From positions 64,001 through 128,000 of the forward strand of contig CAVSHB010000002.1 of NCBI GenBank assembly GCA_963727775.1: a stretch of 64,000 nucleotides of DNA. Reading direction: 5' to 3'. A program made the position numbers and the translations under genes. This document shows, piece after piece, positions 1 to 10,403 of this stretch. A model generated the notes under the pieces. The model saw only the letters and a list, made by a program, of their open reading frames with translations, was not told the origin of the DNA and made no database searches. The first letter of the stretch is position 1, and each line of letters begins with the position of its first letter. The DNA is from an uncultured Nitrospiraceae bacterium (GTDB lineage Bacteria; Nitrospirota; Thermodesulfovibrionia; Thermodesulfovibrionales; SM23-35).

Positions 1-1
1 T

Positions 2-1018
2 GAGAACCCGTTGGGCCCGTCTGCAATGGCGGTCAGGGCCATATCAGAGAGCCTGATGAGTAACGATCTTTCCAATACTATAAACAGATATCCCGACGGG
101 AGCGGTTACTATGTTAAGAAAGCCTTATCCGAAAAGCTGTCGGTCAAAGAAGATGAGATAATCCTCGGCAATGGTTCCAATGAGCTGATCGATATTGCTG
201 CAAGGACATTTGTCCAGCCTGCGGACGAGGCTGTTATGGCTTATCCGTCTTTCGTTGTGTATCCGATGGCGATACAGGCAATAGGCGGGAAACCCATACA
301 GGTACCTTTGAAGGAATACACACATGACCTCGATGCCATGGCGGATGCGGTTACCTCAAGGACAAAGGCGGTTTTTATAGCAAATCCGAATAACCCGACA
401 GGCACCATAAATAACCGGAATGAATTCGAACGCCTGATAAAAAAACTTCCTGACGGTATATTGATAGTAGTTGACGAAGCCTACTTTGAATATGTTACCG
501 ACCCCGAATATGCCGACAGTATGAAATATTTCAGGGAAGGAAGGGACATATTAATACTCAGGACTTTTTCCAAGATTTATGGGCTTGCCGGCCTCAGGAT
601 TGGCTACGGGATCGCAAAGAAGGAAATAGTTTCTGAGATGAATAAACTCAGGCCTCCCTTTAACACAAGCTCGCTCGCCCAAAATGCCGCGCTGTGGGCG
701 CTTAAAGATGAAGATCATATAAAACGAACACAGCAAACAAACGAACAGGGAAAGAGGTTCCTTTACAAGGAGCTTGACTCTCTGGGCTTTAAGTATGTTC
801 CTTCCGAGGCAAACTTTATCTATATAGTATTAGAACAGGATTCAAATATACTGTACAATAAATTATTAACACAGGGTATAATTGTCAGGCCGATGGGACC
901 TCGAGAAATAAGGGTTACGATCGGTTTGCCTGAAGAAAATGAACGCTTTGTTAAAGCACTGAAGAAAATTCTCAATAAATCTATAGGCATCAAGCTCAAG
1001 AATGTAAATATCTGCTGA
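2..1018 (+). CDS. hisC: Histidinol-phosphate aminotransferase (5'-partial; frame is open from the window start)
   Basis: Frame begins ENPLGPS; motifs GNGSNELI, NPNNPTG, DEAY, RTFSKIYGLAGLRIGY (PLP lysine). Confidence 0.95.
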   Translation, partial: ENPLGPSAMAVRAISESLMSNDLSNTINRYPDGSGYYVKKALSEKLSVKEDEIILGNGSNELIDIAARTFVQPADEAVMAYPSFVVYPMAIQAIGGKPIQVPLKEYTHDLDAMADAVTSRTKAVFIANPNNPTGTINNRNEFERLIKKLPDGILIVVDEAYFEYVTDPEYADSMKYFREGRDILILRTFSKIYGLAGLRIGYGIAKKEIVSEMNKLRPPFNTSSLAQNAALWALKDEDHIKRTQQTNEQGKRFLYKELDSLGFKYVPSEANFIYIVLEQDSNILYNKLLTQGIIVRPMGPREIRVTIGLPEENERFVKALKKILNKSIGIKLKNVNIC

Positions 1019-1053
1019 TGACCAATGACTGCTGATAAAAGGTGGAGTAATAA

Positions 1054-2079
1054 ATGGACATTATTGTTTTAAGGCCGGGGACTTCTGAAGAAGAGCTGAG
1101 GCATATTGTAAAGAAGCTTGAAAGCCGCGGGCTTCAGGCAAATCTCTCTAAAGGCGCCGAAAGAACGATAGTTGGAGTAATCGGGGACACTTCCAATGTA
1201 ACAGAGGAAGAAGAAAATGCGATAAGGGTGATGCCCGGCGTTGAAGATGTAATGAGGATATTGAAACCCTACAAGCTTGCAAGCAGGGATTTCAAGACTG
1301 AAAACACGACTATCAATGTAAAAGGGAATATTATCGGCGGCAGGAAGATTCAAGTGATCGCAGGCCCGTGCGCTGTCGAAAACAAGACTATACTGCTGAA
1401 CATCGCTGAAAAAGTCAAAGACGCGGGAGCTGCATTTATCAGAGGGGGCGCTTTCAAGCCGCGGACTTCTCCTTATTCTTTCCAGGGCCTTGGTGAAGAA
1501 GGATTAAAGTATCTCGCATATGTAAGAAAGAAGACAGGACTTCCCGTTGTTACAGAAGTGATGGACCCCAGGGATATGGAAGTAATTTCAAAATATGCAG
1601 ACATAATACAGATAGGAGCAAGGAACATGCAGAACTTCAGGCTGCTCCTTGAGGTCGGCATGGCCAAAAAACCGGTGCTGCTTAAGAGAGGCTTATCGGC
1701 AACGATTAAGGAATGGCTTATGGCGGCCGAATATATAATGTCCAAAGGCAATCAGAATGTAATTCTCTGTGAACGCGGGATCAGGACGTTTGAGACTGCA
1801 ACAAGGAATACCCTTGACCTGAGCGCTGTTCCGGTCCTTAAGAAACTCACACATCTCCCTGTTGTTGTTGATCCGAGCCATGGGGTCGGCAAGTGGGATC
1901 TTGTTGCGCCCATGTCAAAAGCAGCCATTGCCGCAGGAGCGGACGGACTTATTATCGAGGTACATACAAACCCTGAGGAGGCATTGTCGGATGGTGAGCA
2001 GTCACTGAAGCCGGATGATTTCAAAAAATTGATGAAAGAAATGAAACCGATAGCAGCCGCTGTCGGGAGAGAGATATAG
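1054..2079 (+). CDS. aroF: DAHP synthase type I-beta with N-terminal regulatory domain
   Basis: [44 protein letters not shown] motifs. Confidence 0.95.
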   Translation: MDIIVLRPGTSEEELRHIVKKLESRGLQANLSKGAERTIVGVIGDTSNVTEEEENAIRVMPGVEDVMRILKPYKLASRDFKTENTTINVKGNIIGGRKIQVIAGPCAVENKTILLNIAEKVKDAGAAFIRGGAFKPRTSPYSFQGLGEEGLKYLAYVRKKTGLPVVTEVMDPRDMEVISKYADIIQIGARNMQNFRLLLEVGMAKKPVLLKRGLSATIKEWLMAAEYIMSKGNQNVILCERGIRTFETATRNTLDLSAVPVLKKLTHLPVVVDPSHGVGKWDLVAPMSKAAIAAGADGLIIEVHTNPEEALSDGEQSLKPDDFKKLMKEMKPIAAAVGREI

Positions 2080-2954
2080 TGACAGCGGAACAAGGTCCCC
2101 TTTTTTTTGACAAAGTAACGATACTTGGTGTCGGTCTAATTGGTGCATCTTTTGCGCTTGCGCTGAAAAATCGCGGCCTTTGCAGCGAGGTCGTCGGCTT
2201 CGGAAGGAGAGAGGAAAATCTCAATAAGGCAAAGGGAAAAAAAATAATCGACGTCGTTGAACTCGATGCCGCAAAGGCTTGTAAAGGATCGGACCTCGTG
2301 TTATTTGCAACGCCGGTGGGTATATTTATTGATTTAGCAAAAAAGATAACCGGTTCATTAAAAAAGAACGTCATAGTAACGGATGTCGGGAGTGTAAAAG
2401 GAAAGCTCGTCCGCGATATGGAGGCATTAATGCCTGACGGCGTTTTTTTTGTCGGAGGGCATCCTATTGCTGGGAGCGACCGCTCGGGGATCGACACGGC
2501 TGCAGCAAATATATTCAATGGTGCAAAGTGTATTATTTCACCCACTGAGAATACGGATAAAACTGCTCTTGACAGCATCACGTCCCTGTGGAGGACATTC
2601 GGTTCGGTTGTAAAACTTATCAATCCCGATGAACATGACAGAATATATGCAGCGGTCAGCCACCTCCCCCATCTCATCGCGTATGAAATGATAAATACAG
2701 TAGCGGCCATAGACAGCTCATATCTCGCATTCTCAGGACAGGGGTTTAAGGACTTCACCCGGATAGCATCAAGCCATCCGGAACTATGGCGCGATATATG
2801 CATTTTGAACAGAGAGAATCTCCTTGAGTATGTCGAAATTTTCAAGAAAAATCTCGATAGGGTGAGTCAGTATCTCAGGGCTTATGATTTCGAGTCTCTT
2901 GAAAGAGATTTCAAAAAAGCCCGGACACTGAGGGAAGGTATTGGACAGAATTGA
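2079..2954 (+). CDS. tyrA: Prephenate/arogenate dehydrogenase
   Basis: GVGLIG Rossmann motif, DVGSVK, HPIAG, HDRIYAAVSHLPH, DFTRIA. Confidence 0.93.
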   Translation: MTAEQGPLFFDKVTILGVGLIGASFALALKNRGLCSEVVGFGRREENLNKAKGKKIIDVVELDAAKACKGSDLVLFATPVGIFIDLAKKITGSLKKNVIVTDVGSVKGKLVRDMEALMPDGVFFVGGHPIAGSDRSGIDTAAANIFNGAKCIISPTENTDKTALDSITSLWRTFGSVVKLINPDEHDRIYAAVSHLPHLIAYEMINTVAAIDSSYLAFSGQGFKDFTRIASSHPELWRDICILNRENLLEYVEIFKKNLDRVSQYLRAYDFESLERDFKKARTLREGIGQN

Positions 2955-4230
2955 ACTTAATAAGGCAAAGAGGTTTAGAGGCGAGTTTTCTCCTACCCCC
3001 GATAAATCCATATCCCACAGGGCGGTGATCTTTTCTTCCCTGTCAAAAGGGAAAAGCGTTATAAGAAATTTTCTCAGGGCTGAAGACCCTGTCAGCACTA
3101 TCAATGCTTTCCGGGCATTAGGTGTTGATATAGACGATATCGGAGATGACATTATTATCAACGGCAATGGTACTTTCGGACTCAAAGAACCTCTCAATAT
3201 AATTGATTGCGGAAACTCTGGGACAACTATCAGGTTGCTTTCAGGGGTCCTCTCAGGTAATCCTTTCTTCTCCGTGCTTACAGGCGACGAATCATTGAGA
3301 AAAAGACCAATGGCCAGGATCATCACTCCTTTAAGACAGATGGGCGCCGAGATCGTCTCAAGGGCGGAAAACAAGTATCCTCCGGTATCAATAAGAGGGA
3401 GGAAGTTGCAACCGCTGAAATATAGCTTACCCGTTGCCAGTGCACAGGTAAAATCAGCGGTCCTCCTTGCAGGTCTTTATGCGGACGGGGAAACTGAAAT
3501 AGTGGAACCTGCGAAATCAAGAGACCATACCGAACGGATGTTGCCCGCATTCGGCGCAGAGATAAAAATTGACGGGCTGCGTGTCACTATACAGGGAGGT
3601 GCGGAATTAACGGGGAATGATGTTTATGTACCGGGTGACTTCTCATCAGCCGCGTTTTTTATGGTCGGCGCATTATTGATCGGGGATTCCGATATAACAA
3701 TAAGGGGAGTTGGGATTAATCCGACGAGAACAGGGCTGTTGAGTGTCTTAAAGGAAATGGGCGCTGAGATCGAGGTGGATAATATAAGGACCGTGTCCGG
3801 CGAACCGATCGCGGATATCCTCTGCAAGGGTGGCTCCGGATTAAGGGCCGTAGACATAACTAAAGAAAAGATACCCGCCCTTATCGATGAGTTCCCTATT
3901 TTGTGTGTTGCAGCCTCACAGGCAACAGGAGTCACGACCATTCGAGGTGCTGAAGAGCTTAGGGTGAAAGAGTCCGACAGGATAAGAAGTATGGTGACAG
4001 AACTCAGGAAAATGGGAGCGCAGGTTGAAGAATTCGTAGACGGTTTAAGTATTCAAGGGAAATGTGAATTAAAAGGCTCTGTTATAGAGAGTTACGGAGA
4101 CCACAGAATCGCGATGGCAATGTCGATAGCGGCGCTTATTGCCGATGATACGACAACCATACATGGAATCTCTTCTGTAAACATTTCATTCCCCGGATTT
4201 TTTCAAGTATTAAGGAGATTAACCTTATGA
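2941..4230 (+). CDS. aroA: EPSP synthase (class II)
   Basis: PDKSISHRA, GNSGTT, ASAQVKS, RDHTE, ELRVKESDRI, DHRIAM. Confidence 0.97.
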   Translation: MDRIELNKAKRFRGEFSPTPDKSISHRAVIFSSLSKGKSVIRNFLRAEDPVSTINAFRALGVDIDDIGDDIIINGNGTFGLKEPLNIIDCGNSGTTIRLLSGVLSGNPFFSVLTGDESLRKRPMARIITPLRQMGAEIVSRAENKYPPVSIRGRKLQPLKYSLPVASAQVKSAVLLAGLYADGETEIVEPAKSRDHTERMLPAFGAEIKIDGLRVTIQGGAELTGNDVYVPGDFSSAAFFMVGALLIGDSDITIRGVGINPTRTGLLSVLKEMGAEIEVDNIRTVSGEPIADILCKGGSGLRAVDITKEKIPALIDEFPILCVAASQATGVTTIRGAEELRVKESDRIRSMVTELRKMGAQVEEFVDGLSIQGKCELKGSVIESYGDHRIAMAMSIAALIADDTTTIHGISSVNISFPGFFQVLRRLTL

Positions 4231-4883
4231 ATAAGGTTATTGCTATAGATGGTCCTTCAGGGTCAGGGAAGACCACGTTGGCAAAGCTCATCGCAAAAGA
4301 GCTGAACCTGAACTACCTCGATACGGGCGCATTATACAGGGCTGTTGCCATTGCATTGAGGGACGCCGGGATAAAGCAAGAAGACAGTGATGAAAAATTC
4401 AGGGATGTACTCAGCCGGACTCTCGTTACATTCAACGAAGGCAAGGTTTTCCTTAACAACAGGGATATCTCAGACCATATAAGATCAAAGGAAATCGATC
4501 ATTACTCCTCCGTCTTTTCAGCGAGGAAAATCGTCAGAGATTTTCTTCTTGAGTCCCAGAGAAGTGCCGCGTTAAGCAGCGACCTCGTTGTTGAGGGCAG
4601 AGATACGACGACGGTTGTATTTCCGAATGCGAAGAAAAAGATTTTCCTTGACGCCTCAGTGGAAGAAAGGGCGAAAAGACGTTATCTTCAGTTCAGGGGC
4701 AATGGCGTGGATATAAGCATTGATGAGGCTAAAATTAATATAATAGAAAGAGACAGTAGAGATGCGGGCCGCGATATTGCCCCTTTGACAATAGCGCCTG
4801 ATGCTATCGTAGTGGATTCTTCGGAACTTTCTATCGATCAGGTTAAGAAAAAAATAATTGATTTTATAGAGGCCGATCATTGA
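4227..4883 (+). CDS. cmk: Cytidylate kinase
   Basis: AIDGPSGSGKTT, DTGALYRA, VEGRD motifs; follows aroA. Confidence 0.95.
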   Translation: MNKVIAIDGPSGSGKTTLAKLIAKELNLNYLDTGALYRAVAIALRDAGIKQEDSDEKFRDVLSRTLVTFNEGKVFLNNRDISDHIRSKEIDHYSSVFSARKIVRDFLLESQRSAALSSDLVVEGRDTTTVVFPNAKKKIFLDASVEERAKRRYLQFRGNGVDISIDEAKINIIERDSRDAGRDIAPLTIAPDAIVVDSSELSIDQVKKKIIDFIEADH

Positions 4884-4950
4884 GTTTTTTTACAATTTCC
4901 GTTGCAATAATTTGTATTATTCTTGGAGTGGTCAGCAGGTCTGACGCCAA

Positions 4951-5787
4951 ATGGAAATAATTATAGCCAAGACAGCCGGCTTTTGTTTCGGGGTCAAGAG
5001 GGCTATTGAGATAGCCTTTAAGATGGCCAAGGCAAAGCGCAAAGGTGTATATACGCTTGGTCCTATAATTCACAATCCCCAAGTGGTGGACAAGCTTAAA
5101 GAAAAAGGTATTATCCCCATCGAAAATTTTAGGACAAAGAAGGATATAAAGGCGCTGATAATAAGGACCCACGGCATACCGCGCAATCTTTCGAAAGAAA
5201 TATCTTCCAGCGGCTGTGAGATTATCGATGCTACATGTCCATTTGTAAAAAAGGCCCAGTATTATGCTAAACTCCTTAGTGAAGAGGGTTATCAGGTAGT
5301 TATTCTTGGAGAAAAAAACCATCCAGAGGTCAAGAGCCTGATGAGTTATGCTGATGACCGTGTTATAGTGGTTGACGGCAAAACGCCTTTGCCGGTCTTG
5401 AAAAATAGGGTGGGGATAGTTGTCCAGACTACACAACCCCTCGAAGTCTTGAAAAAAGTGCTGTCTGAGGCCTTAGAGCATTCGAAAGAGATTAAAGTAT
5501 ATAATACAATATGTAATTCTACCGCCCTTCGGCTGAAAGAAACTGGGAATATGGCGGGTAAGGTAAATGTCATGTTTGTTGTCGGCGGCAAGAACAGTGC
5601 AAATACAACCCAGCTTACCAGATTGTGCACGTCTTTGTCCGTGCCGACACGCCACATAGAGACGTCTTCCGAGATTAGAAAAGCGTGGATTAAGGGGGCA
5701 AAAAAGATCGGGATAACTGCCGGGGCATCAACGCCCAAGTGGATTATAAAAGAAGTAGAAAAAAGAATTAGAGATATAGGAGGGTAG
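4951..5787 (+). CDS. ispH: 4-hydroxy-3-methylbut-2-enyl diphosphate reductase
   Basis: GFCFGVKRA, IIHN, DATCPFV, TICNST, SANT, GITAGASTP. Confidence 0.96.
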   Translation: MEIIIAKTAGFCFGVKRAIEIAFKMAKAKRKGVYTLGPIIHNPQVVDKLKEKGIIPIENFRTKKDIKALIIRTHGIPRNLSKEISSSGCEIIDATCPFVKKAQYYAKLLSEEGYQVVILGEKNHPEVKSLMSYADDRVIVVDGKTPLPVLKNRVGIVVQTTQPLEVLKKVLSEALEHSKEIKVYNTICNSTALRLKETGNMAGKVNVMFVVGGKNSANTTQLTRLCTSLSVPTRHIETSSEIRKAWIKGAKKIGITAGASTPKWIIKEVEKRIRDIGG

Positions 5788-5792
5788 GTTAG

Positions 5793-7379
5793 GTGGAACT
5801 TAAAAACGACGAGATGGAAAAACTCTATGCTGAGACCTTTCACAGCATTGAGGAAGGGGCAATACTGAAAGGGAAATTACTCACCCTGCGACCGGACGGG
5901 GTGATTGTGGATATCGGCTTTAAATCGGAGGGTTTTATACCGATTGAGGAATTCTCACATGAGGAAATCGCCTTGCTTAAACCCGGTATGGATATAGAGG
6001 TGTTTGTCGAAAACATTGAGGATTCGGAAGGCATGATAACTCTGTCAAAAGAGCGCGCAACAAAAATCAAGGTGTGGGATATGCTTGAGAACGCGTTGCG
6101 CAGCGGCAGCCCTGTTGAAGGTAAGATTGTTGGAAAGACAAAAGGCGGGTTTTCGGTCGATATATCGGGCGTGAATGCATTTCTTCCAGGTTCTCAGTTT
6201 GATATAAAACCGCCCAAAGATAGTGACAACCTTATCGGGAAAAGGATATCCTTCAAGGTCTTGAAATTGAACAATAAACTCTCAAACGTCATAGTATCGA
6301 GAAGAGTGATTATAGAAGAAGAGATGCAAAAGAAGAAGAAAGAAACCCTTAAGAGCCTCAAGGAAGGTCAACTCATGAAGGGCACAGTCAAGAATATCAC
6401 AGATTATGGCGTGTTTGTTGATCTCGGTGGGGTAGACGGGCTTTTGCATATATCGGATATCTCATGGGGTAGGATAAACCATCCTTCTGAATTTTTTGCT
6501 ATCAGCGATGAGATTGATGTTATTGTGCTGAAATACGATGGAGAGACCGAGAAAGTTACATTAGGCTACAAACAAAGAAAAGCAGACCCCTGGTCCGTCG
6601 TCGATGAGAAATATCCCTTAGGCAAAAGGGTGAAGGGCAAAGTTGTTAGCATTACCGATTACGGCGCATTTATTGAACTTGAAGAAGGTCTTGAGGGCCT
6701 TGTCCATATATCCGAGATAGACTGGATATCAAGGCCGAAACATCCTTCAAAATACTTGTCGATCGGGGAGACCGTTGAAGCTGTTGTATTGAAGGTAGAT
6801 AAGGACGAGAGGCGTCTTTCATTAAGCATAAAACAGATAAAGCCGAGTCCTTGGGAAGTTGTTTCGCAGCGATATAAAGTCAGTCAGAAGATATCGGGGA
6901 AGGTTAAGACAATAACAGACTTTGGCGTTTTTGTGGGGCTTCCGGAAGGCGTGGACGGACTCATCCATATATCCGACCTGTCATGGACAAAACACATAAA
7001 ACATCCTTCAGAAGTTCTGAGGAAAGGACAAAAAGTCGATGCCGTTATTTTAAGCATGGAACCGGAGGCGGAAAAGATGGCGCTTGGGCTGAAGCAGGTT
7101 GAACCCGATCCGTGGCAGCACGATATACCTGAAAAGTTTAAGCTGGGTTCCGAGGTAAAAGGAAAGATCCTGACGATCACCGATTTCGGGATTTTTGTTG
7201 AACTTGAAGGCGAGGTTGAAGGTCTTATTTATTCTTCCGAGATTCTTAAGCCGGCGTCGGGAATGATAGAGGATGTTGTAAATGTCGGAGATTCCATCGT
7301 TGTGAGGATAATAAAAGTGGATTGTGAAGAAAGAAAGATAGGACTGAGCATGAAAAATTTAAAGAGGGTTGAAGAGTGA
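5793..7379 (+). CDS. rpsA: 30S ribosomal protein S1
   Basis: Six S1 repeats (DYGVFVDLGGVDGLLHISD etc.). Confidence 0.97.
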   Translation: MELKNDEMEKLYAETFHSIEEGAILKGKLLTLRPDGVIVDIGFKSEGFIPIEEFSHEEIALLKPGMDIEVFVENIEDSEGMITLSKERATKIKVWDMLENALRSGSPVEGKIVGKTKGGFSVDISGVNAFLPGSQFDIKPPKDSDNLIGKRISFKVLKLNNKLSNVIVSRRVIIEEEMQKKKKETLKSLKEGQLMKGTVKNITDYGVFVDLGGVDGLLHISDISWGRINHPSEFFAISDEIDVIVLKYDGETEKVTLGYKQRKADPWSVVDEKYPLGKRVKGKVVSITDYGAFIELEEGLEGLVHISEIDWISRPKHPSKYLSIGETVEAVVLKVDKDERRLSLSIKQIKPSPWEVVSQRYKVSQKISGKVKTITDFGVFVGLPEGVDGLIHISDLSWTKHIKHPSEVLRKGQKVDAVILSMEPEAEKMALGLKQVEPDPWQHDIPEKFKLGSEVKGKILTITDFGIFVELEGEVEGLIYSSEILKPASGMIEDVVNVGDSIVVRIIKVDCEERKIGLSMKNLKRVEE

Positions 7380-8221
7380 AGAAATTTTTTCTGATCCTGC
7401 TCGGCCTGTTCGTGTTGGTAATTATAAGTCTGGTCTTTGTAATGCTGCAAAAAAACCTGTCCATAGGCGAACGCGTGGCGCTTATACGTGTGGAAGGACC
7501 GATCCTTGATTCAAAAGACACAATCGACGAGATCAAGGATTATGTGAAAGACCCTTCAATTAAAGCCATTATACTTCGTGTAGACAGCCCCGGCGGAGCA
7601 GTGGCGCCTTCGCAGGAAATATACGAAGAGGTGAGAAAGGCCGTCACAAAAAAGAAGATCGTTGTTTCCATGGGGTCTGTTGCCGCGTCAGGGGGCTATT
7701 ATATCGCATCTCCTGCATCAAGAATTGTCGCAAACCCGGGAACTTTGACCGGATCTATCGGGGTGATTATGGAGATACCGAACCTGGAAGGTCTCATGAA
7801 TAAGATCGGGATTAAAACCGAGGTAATAAAAAGCGGCAGGCACAAAGATATTGCATCAATTTTCCGGGGCGTTAAAGAAGAGGAGAAGCAGATACTTCAA
7901 AATGTGCTCGATAATGTGCACGAGCAGTTCATCATAGCTGTTGCCGACGGCAGGAAGATGCTCCGCGACGATGTGAAAAAAATCGCTGACGGACGGGTCT
8001 TCACCGGCGAGCAGGCGCTCAAGGCCGGGCTTGTAGACGAACTTGGTAACCTTGACGACGCGGTCAAAGCTGCTGCAAAGCTTTCGGGTATCAGGGGGGA
8101 GCCTGAGGTAATAAGCAAAAAGGAAAAGTTTTCTTTGATTAACCTGCTGAGAGGAAAGGTACCGAAAGAATTTATGGATGCCTTTCCGTCTGTAAAAGTA
8201 AAATACTTGTTTTCACCATAA
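7376..8221 (+). CDS. sppA: Signal peptide peptidase SppA (S49)
   Basis: N-terminal TM, RVDSPGG, AASGGYY, TGSIGV. Confidence 0.94.
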   Translation: MKKFFLILLGLFVLVIISLVFVMLQKNLSIGERVALIRVEGPILDSKDTIDEIKDYVKDPSIKAIILRVDSPGGAVAPSQEIYEEVRKAVTKKKIVVSMGSVAASGGYYIASPASRIVANPGTLTGSIGVIMEIPNLEGLMNKIGIKTEVIKSGRHKDIASIFRGVKEEEKQILQNVLDNVHEQFIIAVADGRKMLRDDVKKIADGRVFTGEQALKAGLVDELGNLDDAVKAAAKLSGIRGEPEVISKKEKFSLINLLRGKVPKEFMDAFPSVKVKYLFSP

Positions 8222-8253
8222 ACTTTCCCCAATAGGGGACTCGAGGAGGTTGT

Positions 8254-8538
8254 ATGACAAAATCAGTCCTCATAGAAAAAGTATCGGAGAGAATAGGCAG
8301 CCTTACAAGAAAGCAGACCGAGATAGTTATTGAGACTGTTTTTGAAAGCATAAAAGAATCGCTTGTAAAGGGCGAGAAAATAGAAATAAGAGGTTTCGGA
8401 AACTTCAAACCGAAGAACAGAAGACCGAGAAGAGCGAGAAACCCGAAGACGGGGCAGAAGGTTGAGGTACCGGAGAAAAGGGTTCTGCACTTTAAGGTAG
8501 GAAAGGCCCTCAGGGAAGCAATGAACCCCAAAGCTTAA
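8254..8538 (+). CDS. ihfB: Integration host factor subunit beta (HU/IHF family)
   Basis: IEIRGFGNF, ARNPKTG, FKVGK; rpsA-sppA-ihfB gene order. Confidence 0.8.
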   Translation: MTKSVLIEKVSERIGSLTRKQTEIVIETVFESIKESLVKGEKIEIRGFGNFKPKNRRPRRARNPKTGQKVEVPEKRVLHFKVGKALREAMNPKA

Positions 8539-8626
8539 TGGTTTTCTTTCCTCCCCGATATTCATTGGGACATTATTATAATTGCGGTATTTGGATTAAC
8601 GCATAGTCCGCATTATTCATAAAATT

Positions 8627-8737
8627 GACGACAGATACGGTCTTTGCGCTCATTCCCGGCCCGGTACGAATCGGGCCTCCGAGGTAAATTCTTTCTTCGG
8701 AAGAATTTAAAACCGCTTAAATACTGTACCTGTCGTT
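8627..8737. repeat. Palindromic multi-hairpin intergenic element, copy 1
   Basis: Imperfect ~20-bp terminal inverted repeat around two internal hairpins; core matches the reverse complement of the core of 25715-25823. Confidence 0.85.
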
Positions 8738-8849
8738 ACCCACATATTTTATTAAGGTGGGATAAATTGTATATTCAACCCGGTATGAATAAACATCTGT
8801 CTAAGGCCCTGTCTGTTTATGATAAAATAAATATTTCGGAGAATTATTT

Positions 8850-10403
8850 ATGAAAGGCAAAGTTTATTTAGTCGGCGCAGGTCCGGGAGACATAGGTCTT
8901 CTTACGATAAAAGGGCTGAAATGCCTCAAGAAGGCTGACGTGGTTGTCTATGATTTTCACCTAAACGCACAGGTTTTAAATTATATCAACCACGATGCGG
9001 AGTTCATCTATGCCGGAAAGCGCGGCGGTCACCATACCATGACCCAGGATGATATCAACACTGTCCTTGTTCAGAAGGCAAAAGAAGGTAAAATGATATG
9101 CAGGCTTAAAGGTGGGGACCCCTTTGTATTCGGACGTGGAGGAGAGGAAGCAGAGGCACTGTCGAAAGAAGGGATAGAGTTTGAAATTGTGCCCGGCGTG
9201 AGCTCTGCGATTGCAGCCCCCGCGTATGCCGGGATCCCGCTGACGCACAGACTTTTTTCGTCTTCCTTTGCGGTCATTCCGGGATATGAGGATGCAGCGA
9301 AAAAGGAGAGCACAATTGAGTGGTCAAAAATCGCGACTGGTGTGGGAACACTGGTGTTTCTTATGGGTGTTAAAAATGTGGACCTGATAGCTCAGAAGTT
9401 AATCGAGAACGGCCGTTCATCCGACACCCCCGTCGCGGTTATCAGATGGGGCACAAGACCGGATCAGAAGACGATTGTAGGGACATTGAAGAACATTGCC
9501 GAACTCGTAAAAGAAAAGCATATCAAACCTCCTGCGGTAATGGTTGTCGGAGATGTGGTGAAACTCAGGGGGTCCCTGCAATGGTATGAGAAGAAGCCGC
9601 TGTTTGGCCACAGGATACTCGCAACAAGAGAACACGCTGAAGGGTTTGAACCATTGGAAGAACTCGGCGCTGAGATTATTGAATTCCCGACAATAGATAT
9701 TGTACCTCCTGAAAATTACGAGGAGCTTGATGATTCGATTGACAAAATAACGACATATAACTGGCTGATTTTCACAAGTAGAAACGGTGTGAAATATTTT
9801 TTCAAAAGGTTCCTGGACAAAGATTTGGATATCAGAGAGTTAAAAGGAATAAAGATCTGCGCTATAGGCACAAAAACAGCTGAAGAGCTGAAACATTATG
9901 GGTTAAAGGTTGATTTAGTGCCAGATGAATTCCGGGCTGAAGGACTTATTCAATCGGTTCAAGAGCTTGAGGGTTCAAAGCTTAAAGGTCTCAGATTTTT
10001 ACTCCCGCGGGCCGAGAAGGCAAGGGAGATATTTCCGGAAAAAGTGAGGGAACTCGGCGGAGAGATAGATGTGCCTGTTACATACAGGACGATAAAACCT
10101 GAACATCGCGGGAAAAGGCTGAGGAGGTTTTTGAAAGAGGGAAGAATTTCAATAGCTACCTTTACAAGTGCGGCAACATTCAACAATTTCAGGGACATCA
10201 TGGGAAATGATGCAGAGGACCTCCTCAAAGGAATCACAATCGCGGCCATTGGACCCGTTACAGCAAAGGCTATTGAAAAAGCCGGACTTCGCGTGGACAT
10301 CATGCCGGAAAAGGCTACCATCGAGGCAATGGCAGCAAAGATCATTAAATGGATAAGAGAAAAAGGAAAAAGAGAAATAGAGAATGTGAGTGATTTGTCC
10401 TAA
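8850..10403 (+). CDS. cobA: Fused uroporphyrinogen-III C-methyltransferase / uroporphyrinogen-III synthase (CobA-HemD)
   Basis: LVGAGPGD, RLKGGDPFVFGRGGEE, then HemD motifs FTSRNGV, FTSAAT, AIGPVT. Confidence 0.95.
   Translation: MKGKVYLVGAGPGDIGLLTIKGLKCLKKADVVVYDFHLNAQVLNYINHDAEFIYAGKRGGHHTMTQDDINTVLVQKAKEGKMICRLKGGDPFVFGRGGEEAEALSKEGIEFEIVPGVSSAIAAPAYAGIPLTHRLFSSSFAVIPGYEDAAKKESTIEWSKIATGVGTLVFLMGVKNVDLIAQKLIENGRSSDTPVAVIRWGTRPDQKTIVGTLKNIAELVKEKHIKPPAVMVVGDVVKLRGSLQWYEKKPLFGHRILATREHAEGFEPLEELGAEIIEFPTIDIVPPENYEELDDSIDKITTYNWLIFTSRNGVKYFFKRFLDKDLDIRELKGIKICAIGTKTAEELKHYGLKVDLVPDEFRAEGLIQSVQELEGSKLKGLRFLLPRAEKAREIFPEKVRELGGEIDVPVTYRTIKPEHRGKRLRRFLKEGRISIATFTSAATFNNFRDIMGNDAEDLLKGITIAAIGPVTAKAIEKAGLRVDIMPEKATIEAMAAKIIKWIREKGKREIENVSDLS

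Noticed and set aside
8644..8853. 69-aa ORF before cobA
   Set aside because: It runs through the palindromic repeat element, has no RBS and has no protein-like features.
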